In this document: positions 50,928 to 60,704 of the stretch, piece after piece
Layout of the letters: the number at the start of each line of letters is the position of its first letter
Position numbering within the stretch: position 1 is the first letter of the stretch
DNA from: Candidatus Nomurabacteria bacterium
GTDB taxonomy: Bacteria; Patescibacteriota; Minisyncoccia; Phycocordibacterales; UBA9973
Length of the DNA: 64,000 nucleotides
Direction of reading: 5' to 3'
Assembly: GCA_037139835.1 (NCBI GenBank)
Contig: JBAXFQ010000001.1
Location: 12,780 to 76,779 of the forward strand
The notes under the pieces: model-generated
Seen by the model: the letters and a program-made list of their open reading frames with translations, nothing else
Database searches by the model: none
What the model was told of the DNA's origin: nothing
Position numbers and translations under genes: made by a program

Positions 50928-50975
50928 TTTGCTAAATGAAAAACCGACCAATTGGTCGGTTTTTCATTTAGCAAA
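50928..50975. terminator. Perfect 48-bp palindrome, probable bidirectional terminator
   Basis: TTTGCTAAATGAAAAACCGACCAA|TTGGTCGGTTTTTCATTTAGCAAA. Confidence 0.75.
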
Positions 50976-51138
50976 GTTACTTCTTTTTAGCCGTCTTTTT
51001 TGCTTTTTTCTTTTGAGGCATAAAGTATATTTAGATTTAATTAGTATTAAAATCGACCTTCTTAATTCTATTTGTCTCTGCATATTATACACCTACAAAA
51101 ATTTCAAGAGAAGGACTTATACACTTTAAATATTTAAA

Positions 51139-51567
51139 TTAACTTGCTTGGGATCTTCTACTTGGTGACTGTACTACTGTTTGAGTTTGGGTCTGAGCCA
51201 AAGCTTGTGCCTTTTGGTTAGCTAAGGCTTTTGCTTTTTGTAAGGCTAAAGCTCTAGTTTCAGCTTGTTGATTTGCTAATAAAGCAGCTTGTTCTTTAGC
51301 TAGGTCTATTTGCTGTTGATTGTATAAGGCTTGGTTAGAATCATTTTGTGCTTGAGATGCTGCTAATTCTTGTTGCGCCCTTAACGCTTCTTGCTGTGCT
51401 GTTATCTGGGCTAATTTATTTTGTTCTAGTTTGATAGCTTTTTCTTGATTTGCAACCAAAACGGCATTTTCTTTTTTAACTTTATCTTGATATGCGGAAG
51501 AACCTTGGGCAAAAACTAAGCCTATTAATCCGAAGGTTATTATTACATTTTTAAGGTCTTTTATCAT
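51139..51567 (-). CDS. Exported Gln/Ala-rich coiled-coil protein ending RRSQAS
   Basis: Signal/TM N-terminus, low-complexity helix. Confidence 0.7.
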   Translation of the reverse strand: MIKDLKNVIITFGLIGLVFAQGSSAYQDKVKKENAVLVANQEKAIKLEQNKLAQITAQQEALRAQQELAASQAQNDSNQALYNQQQIDLAKEQAALLANQQAETRALALQKAKALANQKAQALAQTQTQTVVQSPSRRSQAS

Positions 51568-51604
51568 ATCTAATTAAAATTCTTATTATTATAAAATAAT
51601 TGGT

Positions 51605-51775
51605 CTAATCAATTTTTTGCCACATATGTGTATCACTTTTTCTTATGCTACATTCTGCGCATTTAAAATCCATGGGAAGTGTTTCCCATTTTGTTCCTGG
51701 AGGTATTCCTCTTGCAGGATCTCCTTTTGCTTCGTCATATATCCATCCACATTCTAAACATACATATTGTGCCAT
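51605..51775 (-). CDS. Rubredoxin (56 aa), not in ORF track
   Basis: MAQYVCLECGWIYDEAKGDPARGIPPGTKWETLPMDFKCAEC. Confidence 0.9.
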   Translation of the reverse strand: MAQYVCLECGWIYDEAKGDPARGIPPGTKWETLPMDFKCAECSIRKSDTHMWQKID

Positions 51776-51859
51776 AATTATTTATACCTTCATTATTCTT
51801 AATGATAGTATTATATATTAGAATTATGAAAACTAGATGAATATAAATATGCTTTAAAT

Positions 51860-52891
51860 TTATATACTAGATAGGGTTACAGTAAAGGTTGTTCCTTTAT
51901 CTATTTGGCTATTTACTTCAATTAGGCCATGGTGTTCGTCGATAATCTCCTTTACGATAGAGAGTCCTAACCCTGTACTTGAAGAATTCTGAGTTCTGGA
52001 ATTATCTGCCTTATAGAATCTTTCAAATATCTGATTTATATCTTCTTTCTTTATGCCTATACCTGTATCTTCGATGGAAAGGATTATTTTATTATTTTTC
52101 TTTTTAAGAGAAATTATTATTTTTCCTCCTTGTTTGTTGTAGTCAACAGCATTTTTAAGTAAATTTATAATTAGACGAGTTAAGTCTTCTTTTTCTCCTT
52201 CTAATATCAAATTATCTTCGATATTGTCTTCTATTTTTATATTTTTTACATTCGCATATGCTCTCATTATTTCTATTTGTTTCTTGCATATTTCTCCTAT
52301 GTTTACCTGTGTATTTGATTTAACTTTCTTTTTATTATTACTAGCTAGAAATAAAAGATCGTTTGAGAGGGTAGTCAATCTATCAACTTCCTCGAGAGAT
52401 TCTTTTATATACTTTGTGTATTCATCTTTAGATCTATTACTTCTTAGTATAACTTCTCCACCTGCTTTCATGACAGAGAGAGGAGTTCTTAATTCATGAG
52501 CAGCATCTGCTACAAATCTAGATTGTTTTTTATAGGCTTCTTCCAAGGGTTTGAGTGTCCTTTTCGAAGAAAGATAAGCTACAAGTAAAGTTATTATTAG
52601 TATAACGGCATCTGATGTAAGAAGAATATTTAGAAGATTATCTTGCATTTCTTTTGCGCTACTCTCTTTAATTTTAATACCATTTATCTGCTGATTAATT
52701 TTCTCAGCTCTTTCGTTATCTCCAGTCTTTATGCTATTTGTGAATAAACCATATACCATAAGGTTGAAAATAGCTAAAACTATAAAAACACCAGTTGTAT
52801 AGTAAATAGTTAACAGGATAACAGCTTTCTTAAAGTTACTTTGTTCTGAAGGTGTATCCCACCCCTCGAATTGTTTGGATATATTTTTCAT
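51860..52891 (-). CDS. Membrane sensor histidine kinase
   Basis: 2 TM, ADAAHELRTPL, NLLKNAVDYN, DTGIGI, GLGLSIV. Confidence 0.93.
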   Translation of the reverse strand: MKNISKQFEGWDTPSEQSNFKKAVILLTIYYTTGVFIVLAIFNLMVYGLFTNSIKTGDNERAEKINQQINGIKIKESSAKEMQDNLLNILLTSDAVILIITLLVAYLSSKRTLKPLEEAYKKQSRFVADAAHELRTPLSVMKAGGEVILRSNRSKDEYTKYIKESLEEVDRLTTLSNDLLFLASNNKKKVKSNTQVNIGEICKKQIEIMRAYANVKNIKIEDNIEDNLILEGEKEDLTRLIINLLKNAVDYNKQGGKIIISLKKKNNKIILSIEDTGIGIKKEDINQIFERFYKADNSRTQNSSSTGLGLSIVKEIIDEHHGLIEVNSQIDKGTTFTVTLSSI

Positions 52892-53504
52892 TTGTATCTT
52901 TTAATTTCTTTCTTAGTTGTTTTATATAAACATCTGTTATGTTGCTAAATGCACTATAGGCGAAATCCCAACAATGTTCAAGTAGTTGTTCTCTTGTTAT
53001 GACACTACCAGCATTCATCATCAAGTATTCTAAGATAGCATACTCTTTAAGAGTTAAAGATATTGTTACTCCTTTTTTAGTCACTACATGCTTACTATTA
53101 TCAAGCACAATATCTTTGACTTCCAGTTTAGTTAATATCTTTTCTTGAGGTCGGCGGAGTAATGCTCTAACTCTAGCAAGTAATTCTTTCATATCATATG
53201 GTTTGACTAGGTAATCATCAGCTCCACTATCTAGCCCCATAATTTTATCTTCAACTTCTCCTTTGGCTGTAATCATTATTATAGGTATATTTATATTGTC
53301 ATCCCTCAAACTTTTACAAACAGAAATACCATCTTTTTTTGGTAGCATTATATCTAAAATGACTAAGTCATGGTTCTTTGATCTAGCTTGTCTTTCTCCT
53401 GTTTCTCCATCGTGAGATACATCTACAGCGTAGCCTTCTTCTTCGAGCATTTGTTTTGTGTATTTAGCTAATTTTTCATTATCTTCTACTATTAGGATTC
53501 TCAT
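52836..53504 (-). CDS. OmpR-family response regulator
   Basis: Receiver + winged helix, GADDYLVKP, IQTIRGVGY. Confidence 0.95.
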   Translation of the reverse strand: MRILIVEDNEKLAKYTKQMLEEEGYAVDVSHDGETGERQARSKNHDLVILDIMLPKKDGISVCKSLRDDNINIPIIMITAKGEVEDKIMGLDSGADDYLVKPYDMKELLARVRALLRRPQEKILTKLEVKDIVLDNSKHVVTKKGVTISLTLKEYAILEYLMMNAGSVITREQLLEHCWDFAYSAFSNITDVYIKQLRKKLKDTNEKYIQTIRGVGYTFRTK

Positions 53505-53561
53505 ATTTATATTATATATCTATTCATGGATTATTCATCTCTTTCTTGTATTATATAAAAC

Positions 53562-54464
53562 ATGATAGAAGAATTTGAATATAATGGCAAGGCGATGGGA
53601 ACAGAATATTCTATTGCAATTGTTTGTAAAAACAAAGAACTTGCCTATAAAATGCATGAAATAGGCAAGAATTATATAGAGGAGTATGAATCAATATTTT
53701 CTAGATTTTTACCAAATAGTGAACTTTCTATACTAAATAAAAAGAAAAGTATGGTTGTTTCTTCAGTATTTCTTAGAGTGACTCTAAAAGCTTATCAATT
53801 ATTTAATAAAACGAAGGGGATATTCAATCCTCTTGTATCTATTTCAAGACTAGGCTATGATAAAAACTTTTCTGATTTAGATGATAATAAAAATACAAAA
53901 GATGATGATCCGTATGATATAGATTTCTCTTCAGTTTTAATTGATAAAAATAAATCATATATTCAATTGGGTGAAGGGCAGAATCTTGACTACGGTGGAT
54001 TTCTAAAAGGATATTTAGCAGAGGTTATAGCCGAAAAGATAAAATCATACTCGTCCGATATCAAAGGGGTTATAGTAAATATAGGAGGAGATATTCATAC
54101 AAAAGGTTTAGATAAGAATGGAGATAGATTTGTATTTAGTATTTATAACCCGATTTTAAAAAATGAAGATATTGTAGTGACTTTGTACAATCAAAGTTTG
54201 GCTACTAGTGGAAGTTATAAAAGATCGTGGTTTAATTTTAGTAAAAAAATACATCACATTTTAGATACATCTGGATCTAGTAATCCAGAGGGTGATATAA
54301 TTTCTGCCAGTGTGATTCATAAAGATGGTAGCTTTTCAGAGGCTTACACTAAAGTTTTTTTTAATGTTGAACATAAAAAAGCATTACTATTGCTAGAAGA
54401 AGATAATCTTGGCTTTATAATTATTAAAAATAATGGAGATGTAATTAAAAGCAATACAATTTAA
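53562..54464 (+). CDS. apbE: FAD:protein FMN transferase ApbE
   Basis: AMGT, SRF..SELS.LN, DYGGFLKGY, NIGGD, ATSGSYKR, HHILD. Confidence 0.9.
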   Translation: MIEEFEYNGKAMGTEYSIAIVCKNKELAYKMHEIGKNYIEEYESIFSRFLPNSELSILNKKKSMVVSSVFLRVTLKAYQLFNKTKGIFNPLVSISRLGYDKNFSDLDDNKNTKDDDPYDIDFSSVLIDKNKSYIQLGEGQNLDYGGFLKGYLAEVIAEKIKSYSSDIKGVIVNIGGDIHTKGLDKNGDRFVFSIYNPILKNEDIVVTLYNQSLATSGSYKRSWFNFSKKIHHILDTSGSSNPEGDIISASVIHKDGSFSEAYTKVFFNVEHKKALLLLEEDNLGFIIIKNNGDVIKSNTI

Positions 54465-54479
54465 CGTAATAAAAAACAT

Positions 54480-55184
54480 ATGAAAAAATATTTTAACATA
54501 ATCAAATATACTCAAGAAACATTATTAGTCATTTCAGTCTTGATTTTGATGGTACTTCCTTTGCTTATCGTTTTTTATCCAAACATTATAAATTCAAATG
54601 TAACTTTGAATCTTTATTTTATTTCACATATCTTTTTATTTTTTGTGATGATAATAAGACCACTGGCGGATATCTTTACAAAAGTTAAATGGTTGAGACC
54701 TTTAGTTATTCTAAGAAAGGGGACGGGGGTTATATCTGCTTCTATTATAGTGTCTTTTATACTTTCCAAGCTTATGATTGATCCATCTGGATACTTTGCA
54801 GCTTTTGGTACTTATAAATATTGGTCTATGACACATTACGCTTTATTGGCACACCTAGCTGATATATCTGCTGTAATTCTTATAATAACTTCCAATAATT
54901 TATCTAAAAAAATATTTGGGACTTGGTGGAAAAAAATTCAGCAATTATCTTATGTTTACTTTTATGCTAGTGTATTATATGTTTATCTTTCGTATGGGAA
55001 TAATGATCTATTATATGCATTAATTATAATTACTCTAATAACTTATGTAGCTTCTGTTAGAAATAAAAAAAGATTAATGCAAAGTCCTGTATCTGCACCT
55101 ATTCCTAATATAGTTGTCCCGTCTCAAGTGCAGGTAGATATTAATAAAATACCAGATAAAAGAAAATTATTAAAAAATATATGA
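54480..55184 (+). CDS. Ferric reductase-like (MsrQ-like) transmembrane protein
   Basis: IRPL, LRKGTG, ITSN, WKKIQQLSY. Confidence 0.75.
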   Translation: MKKYFNIIKYTQETLLVISVLILMVLPLLIVFYPNIINSNVTLNLYFISHIFLFFVMIIRPLADIFTKVKWLRPLVILRKGTGVISASIIVSFILSKLMIDPSGYFAAFGTYKYWSMTHYALLAHLADISAVILIITSNNLSKKIFGTWWKKIQQLSYVYFYASVLYVYLSYGNNDLLYALIIITLITYVASVRNKKRLMQSPVSAPIPNIVVPSQVQVDINKIPDKRKLLKNI

Positions 55185-55882
55185 ATATAAAAAAAATTAC
55201 AGGTAAAATAATAAAAATAACTGATTTATCTAAAACTGCCAAGGAGATAAGCATTGATTTGTCAGAACCTTTGGAATTTATTCCAGGTAGTTTTGTTAAT
55301 GTTTTCTTTGATGTAAATGGTGAAAAAGTTAGGCGTGCATATTCGATATCTTCAACCTCAAAGAATAATGAAAATATCTCTTTGAGTATTCGATTGAGTC
55401 CTACTGGGGCTATCACTCCTATATTCTGGGAGAAAGATATGACAGGCGAACAGGTAGAACTTATGGGCCCTCTTGGTTTAAATACTGTAAATAAAATGAA
55501 TCAAAATAAAGTATATTTATTTGCATTTGGTATTGGTATTGGGGTAGTCAAATCCATAGCTGATTATTTTACTGAAACAAGAAGGGTTGATAGTTTGACT
55601 ATTATTTCTGGAAGTAGATGTGAAGATGAGATTCTCTATAATGATTATTTTAAAGGGATGTCAGACAAATACAAAAATGTTTCATTTTCAAATGTAGTCT
55701 CTAGGGGAGGATCAGAATCAAAAATTCGAGTAGGGTACATACAAGACTTTATAAGTGATTTTGACTTCAATGATTCAGATGTCTATGTTTGTGGACAAGA
55801 AAAGGCTTGTAATGATCTTGTATCAAAAGTTAATTCACTTAATCACTCAAATTGTAATTTCTTTATTGAAGGATTTCATTAA
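55181..55882 (+). CDS. FAD/NAD(P)-binding ferredoxin-reductase-type oxidoreductase
   Basis: RAYSISS, GPLG, GIGIG, YVCG. Confidence 0.88.
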   Translation: MNIKKITGKIIKITDLSKTAKEISIDLSEPLEFIPGSFVNVFFDVNGEKVRRAYSISSTSKNNENISLSIRLSPTGAITPIFWEKDMTGEQVELMGPLGLNTVNKMNQNKVYLFAFGIGIGVVKSIADYFTETRRVDSLTIISGSRCEDEILYNDYFKGMSDKYKNVSFSNVVSRGGSESKIRVGYIQDFISDFDFNDSDVYVCGQEKACNDLVSKVNSLNHSNCNFFIEGFH

Positions 55883-55923
55883 ATAAAAAACACTGATTAA
55901 TTTAATCAGTGTTTTTTATTTAA
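55879..55923. terminator. Bidirectional terminator (22-bp arms)
   Basis: TTAAATAAAAAACACTGATTAA-T-TTAATCAGTGTTTTTTATTTAA. Confidence 0.75.
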
Positions 55924-56554
55924 GATCAAACATTTCTTTATCTTTTTTGAATAGATATAAAGATATGTGGTAGATAGAGTAGGTGATGAAGAATGCAGCT
56001 AAGACATCAATAGAATAATGGTAATGTCCGAGTAAAACAACTGTTCCCATAAATAATGAATCCAATATAAATAAATATCTTAATGGTTTGTAATTCCAGA
56101 ATATTAAAGCCATTAAAAATGGAATACCTGTATGTCCAGAGAAGAAGAGGTCTCCACCAAATGTGAATTTGCTAATAAAATTTGTTGCACCTGTTACCGC
56201 TTGTGTTGGGAAAGGACCTAGATGGGTTAAGCTTATAAATATAGAACGTATAACAGTAAATAGAGCTATATTCTTTGTAATAAAAGGAAGTTTTTTGGGA
56301 TTGTAAAGAGATATTATTAATACAATTGTAAATAATAAAATTGGTCCGTAAATAAAAAATAGGTCTACATCAAATACTCTAATGTTGCTCAAGATAATAT
56401 CTGTAACAGGGAGACTAGCACTCTCAGTCGCATAATTGCCAGCTCTAAAATTTATATAAAGACTCAACAAAAGAAATAAAGCTGAAACAAGTAAAGATTG
56501 TATAAAATCTTTACTTTTCAATAATTCTCTCCATTTTTGTGTCCATATCTTCAT
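55916..56554 (-). CDS. PAP2/sphingomyelin-synthase-like membrane phosphotransferase
   Basis: DLFFSGHT and HYHYSIDV catalytic motifs, multiple TMs. Confidence 0.8.
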   Translation of the reverse strand: MKIWTQKWRELLKSKDFIQSLLVSALFLLLSLYINFRAGNYATESASLPVTDIILSNIRVFDVDLFFIYGPILLFTIVLIISLYNPKKLPFITKNIALFTVIRSIFISLTHLGPFPTQAVTGATNFISKFTFGGDLFFSGHTGIPFLMALIFWNYKPLRYLFILDSLFMGTVVLLGHYHYSIDVLAAFFITYSIYHISLYLFKKDKEMFDLK

Positions 56555-56621
56555 ATAATAATGAGTAACAATATAATACTACGAAGAAATTTTATAATCA
56601 ATTATTTATAATAATAAAAAA

Positions 56622-56648
56622 AGGACTAGCGATTGTATCGCTAGTCCT
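56622..56648 (-). terminator. Intrinsic terminator
   Basis: AGGACTAGCGAT-TGT-ATCGCTAGTCCT preceded by an A run. Confidence 0.7.
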
Positions 56649-56674
56649 AATCTTTAAATTTTCATCCAGTATGA

Positions 56675-56860
56675 TTAAATCTTTTTCCTACCTAGGTAAA
56701 AAACTATAAAACTTACCAACCCAATAATGTTTGTTACCACGAATGTATTTTTCTCTATGGTACTATTCATTGGAAATTGGTTATTTATAATTAAAAATAT
56801 AATGTCTAGAAAGATTACTAGAAAAAATATTGAAATACAATAAATAACTAATTTTTTCAT
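56675..56860 (-). CDS. Small 2-TM protein
   Basis: MKKLVIYCISIFFLVIF...; ATG 56860 preferred. Confidence 0.55.
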   Translation of the reverse strand: MKKLVIYCISIFFLVIFLDIIFLIINNQFPMNSTIEKNTFVVTNIIGLVSFIVFYLGRKKI

Positions 56861-56943
56861 TTTTAAAATTTTAAGTGAAAAATCAAAATGTCTACTAAAC
56901 AGTAGCACATTTTATATAAAAAGTCAATATGAGATAATAAGTT

Positions 56944-57756
56944 TTAATTTAATTTCTCTAAAAATTCTTTCATCGCATTGGATATTTTTTCGATTGTGAC
57001 TAATGAGTCTTTTAACTCGTGGCTTACATTATCGAGTTTTACAATCTTAGAATCAGCTATCTTACTAGCCATCAGTTCTCCATATTTGATAGGGAAGATA
57101 GAGTCTTTCTTACCATGAACGATTAATACAGGGAAATTTATTTTATTTAATACCTCTTCTCCATTAAATGAATATGCTTGATTCATACAATACAAGTATG
57201 TTCTTAGGCTTGTATTTGAAACATCTGCATAAGTTCTCTTTAAATTAAAGTCGCCTGAGTTTGGAAAATCTTTTAAATAGTCGAGATGTTTTCTCTTTTT
57301 TGTCTTTGATATAGGGAATTTAATTTTAGAGATTAAATTAAAGAAAGGTTTTACCATCTTAGCTTCAGGCATGATACCAGCATTAAAGTTTGGACTTAAG
57401 AATATTGAAGCTTTTACATATTCAGGATATTTATCAATAAAATCAAGAGATATGAAAGTTCCGAATGAGTGTGATATTAAAACAAATTTTTTAATGTTTA
57501 GAAAGTTTACTAATTCAAGGACATCATTTGAAAAATTTTCGATTTTATAATCATCGTATTCTGTAAATCTTTTTGATTTACCATGACCTCTTATGTCCAT
57601 AGCGACTAGGTTGTATTTATCAGTAAGTCTTTTTTCAAATTCCCACCAAGCTGAAGAACTACCGCATGCACCATGTATCAAGACTAGAGTTAGTCTATCC
57701 GATTTAAATTCATTTGTACGATAATATATTTTATTTTCAAAAATTGATTCAGTCAT
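56944..57756 (-). CDS. Alpha/beta hydrolase
   Basis: LIHG, DIRGHGKS, SHSFG nucleophile elbow, HGKKD, SH. Confidence 0.9.
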   Translation of the reverse strand: MTESIFENKIYYRTNEFKSDRLTLVLIHGACGSSSAWWEFEKRLTDKYNLVAMDIRGHGKSKRFTEYDDYKIENFSNDVLELVNFLNIKKFVLISHSFGTFISLDFIDKYPEYVKASIFLSPNFNAGIMPEAKMVKPFFNLISKIKFPISKTKKRKHLDYLKDFPNSGDFNLKRTYADVSNTSLRTYLYCMNQAYSFNGEEVLNKINFPVLIVHGKKDSIFPIKYGELMASKIADSKIVKLDNVSHELKDSLVTIEKISNAMKEFLEKLN

Positions 57757-57761
57757 ATGTT

Positions 57762-58937
57762 TTATAATATTGAATAATAAACTTGCTCTAATTTTGCGAC
57801 GCTATTATTGATGTCATAATCTTTACTTTTTTCTATGCTTTTCTTTCCCATTTTTTCTCTTAGTTCACTATCTTTTATAAGCATTAATATTTTTTCTGCT
57901 AGATCTATTGGATTTTTAGATTCAAATAGAAAACCATTTTCATCAACAAAGAATCTTGAGGCACTCATCTCGGAGTCTCCGATAATGATAGGCTTGCCGC
58001 AAGACATCGCTTCTAGGACTACCATGCCTTCAAGTTCTGCAAGAGAGGGGAGTATGAAGATGTCGCTGGCATTATAAGCAAGTATTTTGTCTTCCTCACT
58101 AACTAGCCCCAAGAAAGTAATATGTTCATTTATTTTTAGATCCGAAACCATTTTTTTTAATTTTGATTCTAAATGCCCTCCTCCTACAATCATTAGATGT
58201 GTATTTGGATATTCTTTTACAACATGAGGAATGGACTTTATCAGTGTATCTATAGACTTTTCGGGGAAAAGCCGTCCTACAAATAATAGTTTTGTTTTAT
58301 CTTCTGGTATATTAAATCTCTCGTGAAAATCACCGACGGAAATTATTTTAAATTCTTGTGTATTAATACCATTACTAATCACATGTGATTTTTGGTTTTT
58401 CTTACTTAATTTATCTAGAAGTGTGCGAGCCATCTCGGTTGGATATATAAGTGACTCAGCTTTATCATAAGTCCAAGATAAATATTTATTCCATAGATTA
58501 TTGAGTGCTGGTTGAATAGCTTTAGGCATATCCATAAAAAGATTTTCAGGCTGTGAATGAGAGTGTGCAACAATTTTAATATTTAAAGAACGAGCAGCTT
58601 TAATAGCTACGATAGAAGCAGACATTGGAAGAATGATATGAACTATATTTATATTTTCTTCCTTAAATATTTTTTTAAGTTCTTTGACAGTAGGGAATGC
58701 TAGATTCCATCCTCCCGATTTTGGTATAGGTATACTTCTAAATCTATATGCTTTTATTCCGTTGTGATAGCTATGATCTTTATGCTCTTGAGAGCGAGCG
58801 GCAATAAAAATAACATTGTGACCTTTTTCTTTTAATAATTTAGCAAAACGCAAAGTGGAAACAACAACTCCAGATTTATTATTACCGATAGGATCACAAA
58901 TCATTGCTATTCTTAACTTGTTATTATTTTCATTCAT
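57762..58937 (-). CDS. GT4 glycosyltransferase (glycolipid-synthase-like)
   Basis: VGRLFPEK, ELEGMVVLEAMSCGKP. Confidence 0.9.
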   Translation of the reverse strand: MNENNNKLRIAMICDPIGNNKSGVVVSTLRFAKLLKEKGHNVIFIAARSQEHKDHSYHNGIKAYRFRSIPIPKSGGWNLAFPTVKELKKIFKEENINIVHIILPMSASIVAIKAARSLNIKIVAHSHSQPENLFMDMPKAIQPALNNLWNKYLSWTYDKAESLIYPTEMARTLLDKLSKKNQKSHVISNGINTQEFKIISVGDFHERFNIPEDKTKLLFVGRLFPEKSIDTLIKSIPHVVKEYPNTHLMIVGGGHLESKLKKMVSDLKINEHITFLGLVSEEDKILAYNASDIFILPSLAELEGMVVLEAMSCGKPIIIGDSEMSASRFFVDENGFLFESKNPIDLAEKILMLIKDSELREKMGKKSIEKSKDYDINNSVAKLEQVYYSIL

Positions 58938-58939
58938 AA

Positions 58940-59527
58940 TTATATATTTTTATTTTTGAGATATTTATTAGCATATCTTAGGCCTAATACAAATGCAATA
59001 AGAATAAAGAATACGAAGACTATTTTAAGTGTACCAGGAATTATAAGGAAAATATTTCCTAAGAAGAATCCAATGGCAATAAGAAAAGCTGTCCAGATAA
59101 AACCACCAACCAAGTTTAATATTACATAATTTTTAAATGGTACTTTGAACATTCCAGCTACTACAAGTATAACTGCAGCAAAACCTAATCCCATAGTAAG
59201 CTTGGATATAATAAGAATTTTTTGATGGAATTTAATAAATTGATTTTCTACTCTTTCTATTGTCTCTGGTGTTACCCCTACATAATGTCCATATTTATAA
59301 ATTGCGTTTCTTGTTCCATATCTACCAAGACAATACCATAGTATATCAGCCACAAAGTCTCCTAGGACTAAAGCTAAGTACATGGGAAAGAAACTGAATG
59401 ATCCTAATCTGTATAGGAAGCCACTAGCCATCATTACAACTGGACCTTCTAGTATAGTACCTATAAACAACAAAATATATTTTGAGGATTCTAACCAAAT
59501 GATTATATTATGCAAGAAGAGGCTCAT
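58940..59527 (-). CDS. DedA-family membrane protein
   Basis: LEGP, GDFVADILWY.LGR, AGMFKVP. Confidence 0.85.
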   Translation of the reverse strand: MSLFLHNIIIWLESSKYILLFIGTILEGPVVMMASGFLYRLGSFSFFPMYLALVLGDFVADILWYCLGRYGTRNAIYKYGHYVGVTPETIERVENQFIKFHQKILIISKLTMGLGFAAVILVVAGMFKVPFKNYVILNLVGGFIWTAFLIAIGFFLGNIFLIIPGTLKIVFVFFILIAFVLGLRYANKYLKNKNI

Positions 59528-59573
59528 ATTTATATTAAAATTATAACATAATTTTAATTATTTTATTTAGGTT

Positions 59574-60584
59574 TTAATTTATCTCTATATCTACGTAAGC
59601 TATCTCTGGAAATTTTTCTTTTATTCTTTTTTCTATTTCATCTATTCGTGTGCCCACAAGACGGGGTATGCGATCTGTAGTTTTGAACATAAGTTTTGTA
59701 AATTCTTTAAAACTATTTTTTATCTTATCGAATTCTTCTTTTAAATCTCCTGCATCATAGATCTCTTCATAGAGAGGAGTGCCGTTCCATTCAACCGTTG
59801 TATATATTCTATATTTATTAATATCAACTGCTACTGATTTAAATTCTGAGATATTTTCTATACAAGGGTCTGCTAATAATAATTCAGTTATTTCTTCTGT
59901 TGTTTCTTCACTCAAAGATTTACCTATTATATATTGATGATTTTTAAGGATTAATAATACAGCTAAAAAGCCTAAGATGAGGCCGACTAGGATACCCCCT
60001 ATAGAGTCATATATATTATTACCTGTTAGATGCATTAATACTTGAGCTCCAAGTGCTACAAAGACACCAAGAACGGCAGCTCCATCTTCGTAAACTACAG
60101 CTAGAGTTACTGGGTCAGCTTCTGCAAAAATTTCTTTTGAAAGTTTTTGTTCACCTTTTAATTCTTTAATAGCAATAAATAGAGTTATACTCTCAACTAT
60201 TAAAGATATAAATAAAACTGAAAGAGTAAAATAATTATAATTATGAGTTGTATTAGTTATTCCATTTTTGATAAGTGAGTCTATTGAATGATAAACAGTT
60301 ACTCCGGCTCCTATGAAAAGAATTCCACAAGCAGAAATAAGAGACCAAAAGAATCTTTCAATACCATATCCGTACCCTCTAGATTCATCTGCTGGCCTCT
60401 TTGATCTCTTAAGTCCGATAAGTAGCAGAGATTGATTTAAAGTATCAGCCAAACTATGTACACTTTCAGCAAACATCGAAGTGGAACCAGATGATATTGC
60501 TACAAAAGTCTTTATAATTGTGACAAAAATATTACCAAAAAATGCTGTAACTACTGAATGATTTCCTTCCTTTTTGTGTGGCAT
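59574..60584 (-). CDS. Cation diffusion facilitator transporter
   Basis: AESVHSLADTLNQ, ERFFWS, VYEDGAAVLG. Confidence 0.9.
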   Translation of the reverse strand: MPHKKEGNHSVVTAFFGNIFVTIIKTFVAISSGSTSMFAESVHSLADTLNQSLLLIGLKRSKRPADESRGYGYGIERFFWSLISACGILFIGAGVTVYHSIDSLIKNGITNTTHNYNYFTLSVLFISLIVESITLFIAIKELKGEQKLSKEIFAEADPVTLAVVYEDGAAVLGVFVALGAQVLMHLTGNNIYDSIGGILVGLILGFLAVLLILKNHQYIIGKSLSEETTEEITELLLADPCIENISEFKSVAVDINKYRIYTTVEWNGTPLYEEIYDAGDLKEEFDKIKNSFKEFTKLMFKTTDRIPRLVGTRIDEIEKRIKEKFPEIAYVDIEIN

Positions 60585-60704
60585 GAGATGGATTATAACA
60601 TATATAATAGTAGTCTTCCATGTAAGTAATCTTTATAGATTGATTACAATCTAATAAAACTGGAGTATAATATCGTTATATATAATTAATAGTAAAATAT
60701 TCTT

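Noticed and set aside
50929-51129. 66 aa ORF after ahpC
   Set aside because: Starts within the palindromic terminator; no recognisable features
52836-52891. 56-bp overlap of response regulator and kinase as a frameshifted fusion
   Set aside because: Both proteins are complete, and such overlaps are common in two-component operons
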